Translations under genes and position numbers: made by a program
Assembly (NCBI RefSeq): GCF_000017305.1
Contig: NC_009664.2
Coordinates: forward strand, 2,670,001-2,702,000
From: Kineococcus radiotolerans SRS30216 = ATCC BAA-149
GTDB taxonomy: Bacteria > Actinomycetota > Actinomycetes > Actinomycetales > Kineococcaceae
Direction: 5' to 3'
Length of the DNA stretch: 32,000 bases
Part shown: piece by piece, positions 6,933 through 14,429 of the stretch
How positions within the stretch are numbered: position 1 is the stretch's first letter
Layout of the letters: the number at the start of each line of letters is the position of its first letter
Notes under the pieces: model-generated
Told to the model about the DNA's origin: nothing
Seen by the model: the letters and a program-made list of their open reading frames with translations, nothing else
Database searches by the model: none

Positions 6933-8491
6933 CGGGCGGCCCCCGCGGTCGCGACGTCCGCGCGGTCGGTCACGTCCAGCTCCACGTCCAGGTCCCTCTC
7001 GACGTTCAGTCCCAGGTACAACGCGATGACCTCCCGCGGTCCTTGTTCCTCCAGCGCCCGCAGCGCCACCTCGACCCCGGCCACGAACCCCGCGTCGTCG
7101 CCCAGGCCGCCGAACACGCTGCGCTCGGTGAGCAGCGCCTCCGGCTCCGTCAGCCCCTCGCGGGCCAGCTCGACCAGCCGCTCGGACAGCGGCCCCGAGA
7201 CCGGCACGTCGTTCCCGGCGTAGTCGTAGCCCCGCAGGAACCTCATCCAACCGGCCACCGCGAGCAGCAGCAACTGGTGGGGGCGGCCGGCCTCGATCGC
7301 GGCCGACACCGAGGGGAAGACGTAGTCGGGCATCTTGGTGGACCCGCGCCGGCCCAGCCGGCCGAGCTGGTCGCCCATCTTGGGGTTGGAGAAGCGCCGG
7401 ACCAGGCTGCGCCGGTAGTCCTCGAGGTCCACCCCGGGCACCGGGGGCAGCAGCGGCGCGATCTCGTCGTCCATGAGGTGTTCCAGGTAGGCGCGGAACG
7501 TGTCGTCGGCCAGGACCTCGTCGATGGTCGAGAACCCGGCCAGGATGCCCAGGTAGGCCAGTGCGCAGTGGCTGGCGTTGAGCATCCGGGTCTTCATGGC
7601 CTTGTAGGGGGCCACGTCCTCGACGAACTGCACGCCGACCCGGTCCAGCGGGGGCCGGCCGTTGCAGAAGGAGTCCTCGACGATCCACTGGGTGAAGGGC
7701 TCGGTGATCACCGGCCACCGGTCGTCGACCCCGGTCGCCGCGGCGATCGCGTCGCGCTCCTCCGGGGTGGTCGTCGGGGTGATCCGGTCGACCATGCTGC
7801 CCGGGAACGCGACCTCGGCCTCGATCCAGTCCGCCAGCTCCGGGTCGCGCAGCCGGGCGAAGGACGCGACCGCGGTGCGGGCGGCCGCGCCGTTGTCGGG
7901 CACGTTGTCGCAGGACAGGACCGTGAACGGCACCAGACCCGCCCGCCGTCGCCGGTTCAGGGCCTCGGCCAGGAACCCGAACACGGTCCGCGGCGCCGCC
8001 GGGTCCGCCAGGTCGGCGCGCACGTCGTCGTCGTCGGCGTCGAACTCCCCGGTGTGGGGGTCGATGCGGTACCCCGTGCCCGTGATGGTCAGGGTGACCA
8101 GCCGGGTCTCCTCGTCGGCCAGCGTCCGCAGCACCTCCTCCGGGTCGTCGGGGGCGAACAGGTAGCGGTCGACGACGCCGACGACGCGGGCCCGGTCGGC
8201 GTCGTCCCCGCGCTCGACCAGCAGGTACAGGCGGTCCTGGTCGGCCATGACCTGCCCCATCTCGGGGCTGCGCAGACCGACCCCGACCAGACCCCAGCCG
8301 GTCTCACCGGTGCGGGCCAGGTCGTCGAGGTACACGGCCTGGTGGGCGCGGTGGAAACCCCCGACCCCGATGTGGACGATCGCGGGCCGCAGGGCGGACC
8401 GGTCGTAGCCGGGGACGGCGACGTCGGCGGGCAGGTCGCCGAGGTTCTCCTCGCGCAGGGCGACGGGGCGCGGAGGGGTGGGCGCGCTCAC
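6929..8491 (-). CDS. Long-chain mannitol 2-dehydrogenase family polyol/aldonate oxidoreductase. Motifs intact.
   Basis: IVHIGVGGFHRAHQAVY, FTVLSCDNVPDNG, SMVDRITP and KTRMLNASH (K-x4-N-x2-H) are all present. GTG at 8491 overlaps the upstream stop (GTGA). The ORF-track extension to 9361 is an off-frame read of the upstream gene. Confidence 0.9.
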   Translation of the reverse strand: MSAPTPPRPVALREENLGDLPADVAVPGYDRSALRPAIVHIGVGGFHRAHQAVYLDDLARTGETGWGLVGVGLRSPEMGQVMADQDRLYLLVERGDDADRARVVGVVDRYLFAPDDPEEVLRTLADEETRLVTLTITGTGYRIDPHTGEFDADDDDVRADLADPAAPRTVFGFLAEALNRRRRAGLVPFTVLSCDNVPDNGAAARTAVASFARLRDPELADWIEAEVAFPGSMVDRITPTTTPEERDAIAAATGVDDRWPVITEPFTQWIVEDSFCNGRPPLDRVGVQFVEDVAPYKAMKTRMLNASHCALAYLGILAGFSTIDEVLADDTFRAYLEHLMDDEIAPLLPPVPGVDLEDYRRSLVRRFSNPKMGDQLGRLGRRGSTKMPDYVFPSVSAAIEAGRPHQLLLLAVAGWMRFLRGYDYAGNDVPVSGPLSERLVELAREGLTEPEALLTERSVFGGLGDDAGFVAGVEVALRALEEQGPREVIALYLGLNVERDLDVELDVTDRADVATAGAAR

Positions 8492-9468
8492 CGGGCCCAC
8501 CGCGCGCGCAGGGCCAGCAGGGCCTCGCCCGGGCGGGGGAGGCGCGCGGAGAGGGTGGTGAACAGGTCGCGACGGATCAGGTGGCCGGCGTGCTCGCCGT
8601 GCACCTGCCCGGGGCCGGGGGTGGGAGTGCTCACGATGTCCGTTCCGTTGTCGGGTCGGCGACTGGTCTGCATGCGGCGGCCGACGAGGCTGAGGACCAC
8701 GTCGGTGAGTCCGGGGTTGAACTTCTCCCCGAGGATGAAACCCAGCGAGGCCCCGCCCACGACGGCCTGGCGCCGGGGGTGGGTGGCCATCCGGACGACG
8801 ACGTCGGCCACCAGCTCGGGGGCGTAGGGCGGCGGCGGGGGCTTGGTCAGGTGGCTGGTGCGGTTGCGGGAGTTCTCCCAGAACGGGGTCCCGATCCCGG
8901 CCGGCAGGATCGTGCTGACCGCGACCGGGGAGCCGGCGTGGGCCAGTTCCACCCGCAGGGCGTCGTAGAAGGAGCGGGCGGCGAACTTCGACGCCGTGTA
9001 GGGGGCGTGGAAGGGCAGCGAGCGGACCCCCTCGACGGAGGCCATGCCGACCAGGACACCACCGCCGGAACGTTCCAGCGCGGGCACGGCCACCTTCGCC
9101 GCGGCCACGTGCCCGAGGTAGTTCACCTCCGCGACGCGGCGGAACTCCTCCAGCGGGATGTCGTCGACGGTCCCGTAGACGCTGACCCCGGCCATCGTGA
9201 CCCAGGTGTCGACGCGGCCGTGGGCGCTCTCCGCGGCCGCGACCAGCGCCTGCAGGTCCTGGACGCGGGTGATGTCGGCCCGGAACGCCTGCGCCCGGCC
9301 CCCGGCGGCGGTGATCTCCTCGACGAGGGTCCGCAGCGCCTGCTCCCCGCGGGAGGCGCACACGACCGTCGCGCCCCGGCGGGCGAACTCCAGGGCGGTG
9401 GCGCGGCCGATGCCGCTGGAGGCGCCGAGGACGACGACCACCTGCTCCGCGACGTCTCGCCTGGTCAC
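8488..9468 (-). CDS. Short-chain dehydrogenase/reductase (classical SDR) with an extra C-terminal region of about 75 aa.
   Basis: VVLGASSGIGRA (TGxxxGxG-like), NYLG, and S...YTASK catalytic residues. GTG at 9468 overlaps the upstream stop (GTGA). Confidence 0.85.
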   Translation of the reverse strand: MTRRDVAEQVVVVLGASSGIGRATALEFARRGATVVCASRGEQALRTLVEEITAAGGRAQAFRADITRVQDLQALVAAAESAHGRVDTWVTMAGVSVYGTVDDIPLEEFRRVAEVNYLGHVAAAKVAVPALERSGGGVLVGMASVEGVRSLPFHAPYTASKFAARSFYDALRVELAHAGSPVAVSTILPAGIGTPFWENSRNRTSHLTKPPPPPYAPELVADVVVRMATHPRRQAVVGGASLGFILGEKFNPGLTDVVLSLVGRRMQTSRRPDNGTDIVSTPTPGPGQVHGEHAGHLIRRDLFTTLSARLPRPGEALLALRARWAR

Positions 9469-10763
9469 GGGGTCTCCTCCGGTGCGTCGGTGGGGCGGGG
9501 GTCGAAGGTGCCGGCGGCGAGCAGCACGAGCGCCTCCTGCAGTTCGGCGGTCAGGTGCGGGTCGTCGGCGAGGGTCCCGAGCAGCGCGTGGTGCTGCCGC
9601 AGCATCGTCCTCGCGTCGCCGCCGCTGCCCGGCAGCGTCAGGAGCCAGACGGCGACCGCGAGGACGAGGTGGCGCCGGGGGCGGTAGTGGTCCAGCGCCT
9701 GGCGCAGGGAGGGCAGCACCACGGCCGACACCGCCGCGGACCCGCTGCGCGGCAGCGGCTCGTCCGCCCCGGCGAGGCGGGCGAGGACCGCGGCCCGGTA
9801 CCCGGGGAGGTCGACGCCGGGGACGTGCAGCAGCGACGACGCCGCCTCCTCCAGGAAGCCGCCGAGGAAGGCCCGCACCCGCGGGTCGGCCAGGGCCTCG
9901 GCGGTGGTCCGGGCCCCCGCGGTCCCCCCGACCAGGCCCAGCGCGCAGCGGGCCCCGTCGAGCAGGTGCATCCGCAACTGCTCGTGGGGCGCGGTGTGCG
10001 TCACCAGGTGAGCGCCGGCCTCCTCCAGCGGGGGACGGCCGTGGCCGAAGTCGTCCTCGACGACCCAGCGGAACGGCAGGGCGGACCCGCCCGGCAGCGT
10101 CGGGTCGACCAGGCTGCCGGGGAACCGGACGTCGCGCCCGATCCAGTCCGCGAGCAGGGGGTCCGTCCGCCGGGCCAGTTCGAGGACGGCGTCGCGGGTG
10201 CGGGCCCCGTTGCGCGGCACGGGGTCGCAGGAGAGCACCGTGAAGGGGGGAAGGCCCGCGTCCCGCCGGCGGGCCAGGGCCCGCACCAGGTAGCCGTGGG
10301 CGATCCGGGCGGCGGGGTGCTCGGGTGCCGCGCAGAGGCCGAAGAACTCCTGCTCCTCGGAGACCCGCAGCGTGACCAGCCTCGTGGCGGGGTCGGCCAG
10401 GACGTCGAGGACGGCGGCGGAGTCGTCGGCGGAGGTCGTGAACTCGGTGAGCACCTCGACCTCGCGGAACTCCGGGGAGGACGTCCCGGGCAGCTGCACG
10501 CGGTGGTCGCGCTCGCGGTCCAGGCGGATCAGCCCGTCCTCGCCCGGGGGGCGCAGCTCCACGTGCACCAGCCCCCAGTCGTCGCTGAGGCGCCGTCGCA
10601 CGACCTCGTGCAGGCAGACCGCGTGGTGCGCCAGCCGCAGGCCGCCCACCCCGAGGTGGACGACCGCGGGGGTGCGCAGCCCCCGGTCGCCGGCGACGGC
10701 GGGCTCCGGGGTCTCGGTGGGGGTGGATCGGAGGGGGGTCTCGTCGGACCAGGTGGTGCTCAT
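9465..10763 (-). CDS. Divergent mannitol-dehydrogenase-family paralogue with all recognisable catalytic and cofactor motif residues substituted. Predicted non-canonical or pseudoenzyme.
   Basis: Homologous blocks against 6929..8491: VVHLGVGGLRLAHHAV, PFTVLSCDPVPRNG, FPGSLVDPTLP, RMHLLDGARCALGLVG. Intact ORF with strong GC3. ATG at 10763; alternative GTG at 10781. Confidence 0.8.
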   Translation of the reverse strand: MSTTWSDETPLRSTPTETPEPAVAGDRGLRTPAVVHLGVGGLRLAHHAVCLHEVVRRRLSDDWGLVHVELRPPGEDGLIRLDRERDHRVQLPGTSSPEFREVEVLTEFTTSADDSAAVLDVLADPATRLVTLRVSEEQEFFGLCAAPEHPAARIAHGYLVRALARRRDAGLPPFTVLSCDPVPRNGARTRDAVLELARRTDPLLADWIGRDVRFPGSLVDPTLPGGSALPFRWVVEDDFGHGRPPLEEAGAHLVTHTAPHEQLRMHLLDGARCALGLVGGTAGARTTAEALADPRVRAFLGGFLEEAASSLLHVPGVDLPGYRAAVLARLAGADEPLPRSGSAAVSAVVLPSLRQALDHYRPRRHLVLAVAVWLLTLPGSGGDARTMLRQHHALLGTLADDPHLTAELQEALVLLAAGTFDPRPTDAPEETP

Positions 10764-10871
10764 GGGGTGCCTGACTGCCACCGGGGCATCGGGAGAGCGA
10801 CGTCGTGGGACGGGGTCTCCGGGGGGCGGCCGCCAGTTCGACCGGCTGCGCGGGGACCACCCGCGCAGGAC

Positions 10872-10891
10872 CCAGCCGGTTCCCCGGCTGG
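10872..10891 (-). terminator. GC-rich hairpin CCAGCCGG-TTCC-CCGGCTGG between the AraC gene and the polyol operon.
   Basis: Perfect 8-bp stem with a 4-nt loop, 67 nt downstream of the AraC stop on the minus strand. No U-tract. Confidence 0.3.
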
Positions 10892-10957
10892 CGGTTCCAG
10901 TCCACCACCGGAGCCGGGACCCGGCAACCCGGCGCCCGGCGCCGCCTCGGCGCCGCC

Positions 10958-11746
10958 TCAGCGCCCGGCGAACCGGCCCGGGGTCGTCCCCAGCACGCGG
11001 CGGAAGTGCCGGTTCAGGTGGGACTGGTCGTGGAAGCCGGCGAGGACCGCGGCCTCGGCCGGACGGTGACCGGCGAGCAGCAGCCGGCGGGCCAGGTCGA
11101 CCCGCCGGGTCGTGAGGTAGGCGTGCGGCGGCATCCCGACCTCCCGGGTGAACGTGCGCACCAGGTGCGCGCCGGTGACGCCGAGCTCGTCCGCCGCGCG
11201 CGCCAGCGCCAGGCCCTCGACCACGTGCGCGTCCAGCAGCGACCGCAGCCGACGCGCCAGCGGCTGGTCGCGCGCCGGCGCCGCGGGCGCGCGGGAGAGG
11301 TGGGCGCCGACGGCGTCGACCAGGACGGCGGCCCGCGACTGCACCTCCAGCGGCTCGCGCCCGTCCAGCAGACCCGCGTGCAGCTGCCGCACCGCCGCGG
11401 CCAGCCGCGGGTCGGGCAGTTCCGGGGCGTCGGCGGCCCGCCCGGCCAGGGCCGGGGGCAGCGCGTCGCCCTCCAGGTAGAGGACCCGCTTGCGGAACCC
11501 CGCGCTCGTCGCGGCGCGCCCGTCGTGGGGGACGTGCGGGGGCAGCACCGTCACCAGCGAGCCGGTGCCGTGCGCGCGGTGGCCCAGGTCGTAGCGGACC
11601 GCGCCCGCGTCCACCAGCAGGACCGTCCAGGTGTCGTGGACGTGCAGGGGGTAGGCGTGCGCCACGAACCGCGCGTGCAGGACCTCGGCGATCCCGGGCA
11701 CGTCCGGGCGCCAGCTGCGGACGAGGTCACCACCGGCTGCTCCCAC
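10958..11746 (-). CDS. AraC-family transcriptional regulator (N-terminal cupin-like sensor plus C-terminal dual HTH).
   Basis: C-terminus LARAADELGVTGAHLVRTFTREVGMPPHAYLTTRRVDLARRLL...AGFHDQSHLNRHFRRVLGTTPGRF is a classic AraC HTH. N-terminal HAYPLHVHDTW cupin motif. Start is GTG at 11746, with TTG at 11761 as the alternative. The track start at 11944 is in a low-quality region. Confidence 0.85.
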   Translation of the reverse strand: MGAAGGDLVRSWRPDVPGIAEVLHARFVAHAYPLHVHDTWTVLLVDAGAVRYDLGHRAHGTGSLVTVLPPHVPHDGRAATSAGFRKRVLYLEGDALPPALAGRAADAPELPDPRLAAAVRQLHAGLLDGREPLEVQSRAAVLVDAVGAHLSRAPAAPARDQPLARRLRSLLDAHVVEGLALARAADELGVTGAHLVRTFTREVGMPPHAYLTTRRVDLARRLLLAGHRPAEAAVLAGFHDQSHLNRHFRRVLGTTPGRFAGR

Positions 11747-11795
11747 CTCAGGAACGTACAAGACCCGGCGGGGCGCGGACCCGGACGATCGGCCC

Positions 11796-12260
11796 GTGAA
11801 CGACCACGACCACGGCCACGACCGGGAACACGACCACGACCCCGCTCCCGTCCGCTTCGACACCAAGACCGCCGTCCTGGTCCGCGACGACCTCGCGACG
11901 TGGCAGCGGCTCAACGTCGCCGCGTTCCTCGCCAGCGGGATCACGGCCGCCCACCCCGACCTCGTCGGGGAGCCCTACGCCGACGCCGACGGCGCGGCCT
12001 ACCTCGCGCTGCTGGGCCGGCCCGTCCTGGTCCTCGAGGGCGACCGCGACGTGCTGCGGACCGCGTGCACCCGCGCCGCGGGACGGCGGCTGCCGGTGGC
12101 GGTCTTCACCGCGGACATGTTCACGACCGGCCACGACGCGGCCAACCGGGCCGCGGTGGCCGCGGTCGCCGGGGCCGACCTCGACCTCGTGGGGCTCGCC
12201 CTGCACGGGCCGAAGAACGCCGTCGACAAGGTCCTCAAGGGCGCCCACCCGCACCCGTGA
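11796..12260 (+). CDS. DUF2000-like protein with a His/Asp-rich N-terminal tail.
   Basis: GTG at 11796. Tail: NDHDHGHDREHDHD. The body (KTAVLVRDDLATWQRLNVAAFLASGI...) resembles DUF2000 as I recall it. Divergent from AraC across 49 bp. Confidence 0.65.
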   Translation: MNDHDHGHDREHDHDPAPVRFDTKTAVLVRDDLATWQRLNVAAFLASGITAAHPDLVGEPYADADGAAYLALLGRPVLVLEGDRDVLRTACTRAAGRRLPVAVFTADMFTTGHDAANRAAVAAVAGADLDLVGLALHGPKNAVDKVLKGAHPHP

Positions 12261-12282
12261 GGCGCGGGCTACGGTCGCGGGC

Positions 12283-12900
12283 GTGACCCCGACCGACCCC
12301 TCGCCCCGGCTCGACGTCCTCGACTGGCGCCGGCGCGTCGGCGCCCTCTACGCCGACGTGCGCGCCGCCGCCGACCCCGCCGAGGGGCACGCCCGGTGGG
12401 TGGCCGGCCGCGACGAGCTGTTCGCCACCCACCCCGCCAGCCCGCTGCTGCCCGCCGACCGGGCCGCGTTCACCGGTCTGCCCGTGGCCCCCTACGACCC
12501 GGCCGCGCGCTTCGTCGTCCCCGTCGAGCCCGCCCCGCCGCTGACCCGCGAGGCCGCCACCGGCACCGACGGCACCGTCTCCTTCGAACGCGTCGGGACC
12601 GTCGCCCTGGCCGGCGTCGGCACCCTCGACGTGTGGTGGCTGGACCAGTACGGCGGGGGCCTGTTCCTGCCGCTGAAGGACCCCGGCCCCGGCTACGGCG
12701 GCGGGCGCTACGTCCTGGACACCGTCAAGGGCGCCGACCTCGGCAGCACCGCCGCGGGCCTCGTCGTGGACCTGAACTTCGCCTACCCGCCCAGCTGCGC
12801 CTACGACCCGGCGTGGGCCTGCCCGCTGCCCGCGCCCGGCAACACCGTCGCGGTCGCCGTGACGGCCGGGGAGGCCGCCGGGGACTGGGCCGCGCGCTAG
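12283..12900 (+). CDS. DUF1684-like protein.
   Basis: YGGGRYVLD...DLNFAYPPSCAYDPAWACPLPAPGNTVAVAVTAGE matches the conserved C-terminal signature I associate with DUF1684. It lies 22 nt downstream of the DUF2000-like gene. Confidence 0.7.
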   Translation: MTPTDPSPRLDVLDWRRRVGALYADVRAAADPAEGHARWVAGRDELFATHPASPLLPADRAAFTGLPVAPYDPAARFVVPVEPAPPLTREAATGTDGTVSFERVGTVALAGVGTLDVWWLDQYGGGLFLPLKDPGPGYGGGRYVLDTVKGADLGSTAAGLVVDLNFAYPPSCAYDPAWACPLPAPGNTVAVAVTAGEAAGDWAAR

Positions 12901-12901
12901 G

Positions 12902-13465
12902 TCAGTCCAGCCCGCCGCCCTGGGCCGGGACCGCCGCCGCCAGCCGCTCGCGCAGGTCCAGGGTGCGCGGCGCCCGTCCCCGCCGCCACGCGCCCAGCAG
13001 CTGCTCGGTGGCGTCGTCGTCGCCGGCGCAGCGGAACATCCCCAGCGTGTAGATGCGGGAGGCCTCCTCGGCCTGGCGGTGCCAGGAGAACTCCTCGCCC
13101 AGGTGCAGGTAGACGTCGACGTCGTCGCCGCGGCTGTCGAGGACCTCGTCGGCGAGGACCACGGCCTCGCGCAGGTGCCCGCACACCAGCAGCGCCGAGA
13201 CGACGTAGCAGCGGGTGTCGGGGGCGACGACGTCGCCGGTGGCCAGGGCCTGCCGCGCCAGGCGCAGCGCCCGGCTCGCGTCCCCGGCGAAGGCGGCGTG
13301 CTCGCTGGCCGCCACCAGCAGCCGGCCGCGCGAGACGGAGTCCCCCGGGACCGCCCGCCGAGCCCAGGACTGCAGGAGGTCCGCGACGGCTCGTTGGCCC
13401 CGGGCGTCGTTCGCCGCGTTCAGTTCGACCCGCTCGAGGTCGTCGCAGCTGACAGGTGCTCGCAC
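12902..13465 (-). CDS. Hypothetical alpha-helical (TPR-like?) protein downstream of xthA.
   Basis: Strong GC3 from about 13450 downward. Codons between 13531 and 13466 are A/T-ending (CCT, CGA, CTT, ACT, AGA, CCA), so I prefer GTG at 13465 over the GTGA-overlapping GTG at 13531. I recognise no family. Confidence 0.55.
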   Translation of the reverse strand: MRAPVSCDDLERVELNAANDARGQRAVADLLQSWARRAVPGDSVSRGRLLVAASEHAAFAGDASRALRLARQALATGDVVAPDTRCYVVSALLVCGHLREAVVLADEVLDSRGDDVDVYLHLGEEFSWHRQAEEASRIYTLGMFRCAGDDDATEQLLGAWRRGRAPRTLDLRERLAAAVPAQGGGLD

Positions 13466-13527
13466 CGTTGGGAATCTAGTGAGGGGAAGGGTCCGCGTCG
13501 CCCCCGCGGAGGCCGTTCGGGCAGGGT

Positions 13528-14328
13528 TCACGCGTTCGGCGCAAGCTCCACCACGACGGGGGCGTGGTCGGAGGCGCCCTTGCCCTTGCGCTCCTCGCGG
13601 TCGATGGTCGCCCCGCTCACCCGCGCCGCCAGCGCGGGGGAACCGAGGACGAAGTCAATCCGCATGCCCTGCCGCTTGGCGAAGCGCAGCTGCTGGTAGT
13701 CCCAGTAGGTGTAGGTGCCCGGACCGGGGGCGTGGGGGCGCACCACGTCGGCGAACCCGGCCTCCACCAGCGCGGTGAACGCCGCCCGCTCCGGGGCGGA
13801 CACGTGCGTGGCGCCGGCGAAGGCCTCCGGGTCCCACACGTCCTCGTCGGTGGGGGCGATGTTGAAGTCGCCCACCAGCGCCACCTGGGCGGCGGGGTCC
13901 TGCGCCAGCCACCCCCGCCCGGCCTCGCGCAGCCGCTCCAGCCACTCCAGCTTGTAGGGGTAGTGCGGGTCCTCCAGCCCGCGCCCGTTGGGCACGTACA
14001 GGCTCCACACCCGCACCCCGCCGCACAGCGCGCCGACCGCGCGGGCCTCGACCACCGGCGGCTCCCCGAAGCGCGGGACGTCGGGGGAGAAGGCCGTGCT
14101 CACGTCCTCCAGGCCGACCCGGGAGAGCAGGGCCACCCCGTTCCACTGCGACAGCCCGTGGTGGGCCACCTCGTAGCCGAGGTCGCGGAAGGCCTGCTCG
14201 GGGAACTGCTCGTCCTTGCACTTGGTCTCCTGCAGCGCGACGACGTCGACGTCGCTGCGGTCGATCCAGGCCAGGACCCGGTCCAGGCGGGCGCGGACGG
14301 AGTTCACGTTCCAGGTGGCGAGGCGCAC
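13528..14328 (-). CDS. xthA: Exodeoxyribonuclease III (AP endonuclease, EEP fold).
   Basis: MRLATWNVNSVRAR, VVALQETK, GDFNIAP and SDHAPVVVEL motifs across the full length. Confidence 0.93.
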   Translation of the reverse strand: MRLATWNVNSVRARLDRVLAWIDRSDVDVVALQETKCKDEQFPEQAFRDLGYEVAHHGLSQWNGVALLSRVGLEDVSTAFSPDVPRFGEPPVVEARAVGALCGGVRVWSLYVPNGRGLEDPHYPYKLEWLERLREAGRGWLAQDPAAQVALVGDFNIAPTDEDVWDPEAFAGATHVSAPERAAFTALVEAGFADVVRPHAPGPGTYTYWDYQQLRFAKRQGMRIDFVLGSPALAARVSGATIDREERKGKGASDHAPVVVELAPNA

Positions 14329-14372
14329 GCGCCGGACGTTACCGCGCGCCCCGCGGAGCGCCCCCCCGGGCG

Positions 14373-14387
14373 AGTCGTCAGACGACT
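14373..14387. promoter_or_regulatory. Perfect 7-1-7 palindrome AGTCGTC-A-GACGACT. Predicted operator of the adjacent GntR/FadR-type regulator.
   Basis: Self-complementary by direct reading. Fits the FadR-subfamily pattern T-N-G-T-N3-A-C-N-A. Centred between the xthA start (14328) and the GntR start (14430). Abuts a TANNNT-type hexamer, TACGCT, at 14387..14392. Confidence 0.55.
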
Positions 14388-14429
14388 ACGCTCGGGCCCC
14401 CGACGGCAGCACACCCCTGGAGGCCCCCC

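Noticed and set aside
8492-9361. N-terminal extensions of the long track ORFs (6929..9361, 8488..10908, 6195..7718, 16097..18367, 17131..18222, 17913..20015, 19274..20788, 20116..22917, 23468..24580, 24418..26088, 28710..29681).
   Set aside because: The extensions are off-frame readings of the upstream gene. In every case a GTG or ATG that overlaps the upstream stop (GTGA or TGATG) marks where recognisable homology begins.
10741-10751. TCGTCGGACCA, which matches the loose FadR pattern T-N-G-T-N3-A-C-N-A near the 5' end of the degenerate MDH gene.
   Set aside because: Only the six-position loose pattern matches, and several such hits per window are expected by chance. The right arm differs from GACGA, and the site is inside coding sequence.
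10938-10959. Tandem 11-mer GGCGCCGCCTC x2 spanning the AraC stop codon.
   Set aside because: A short, GC-rich, low-complexity duplication, most simply explained by slippage. I see no structural or regulatory logic.
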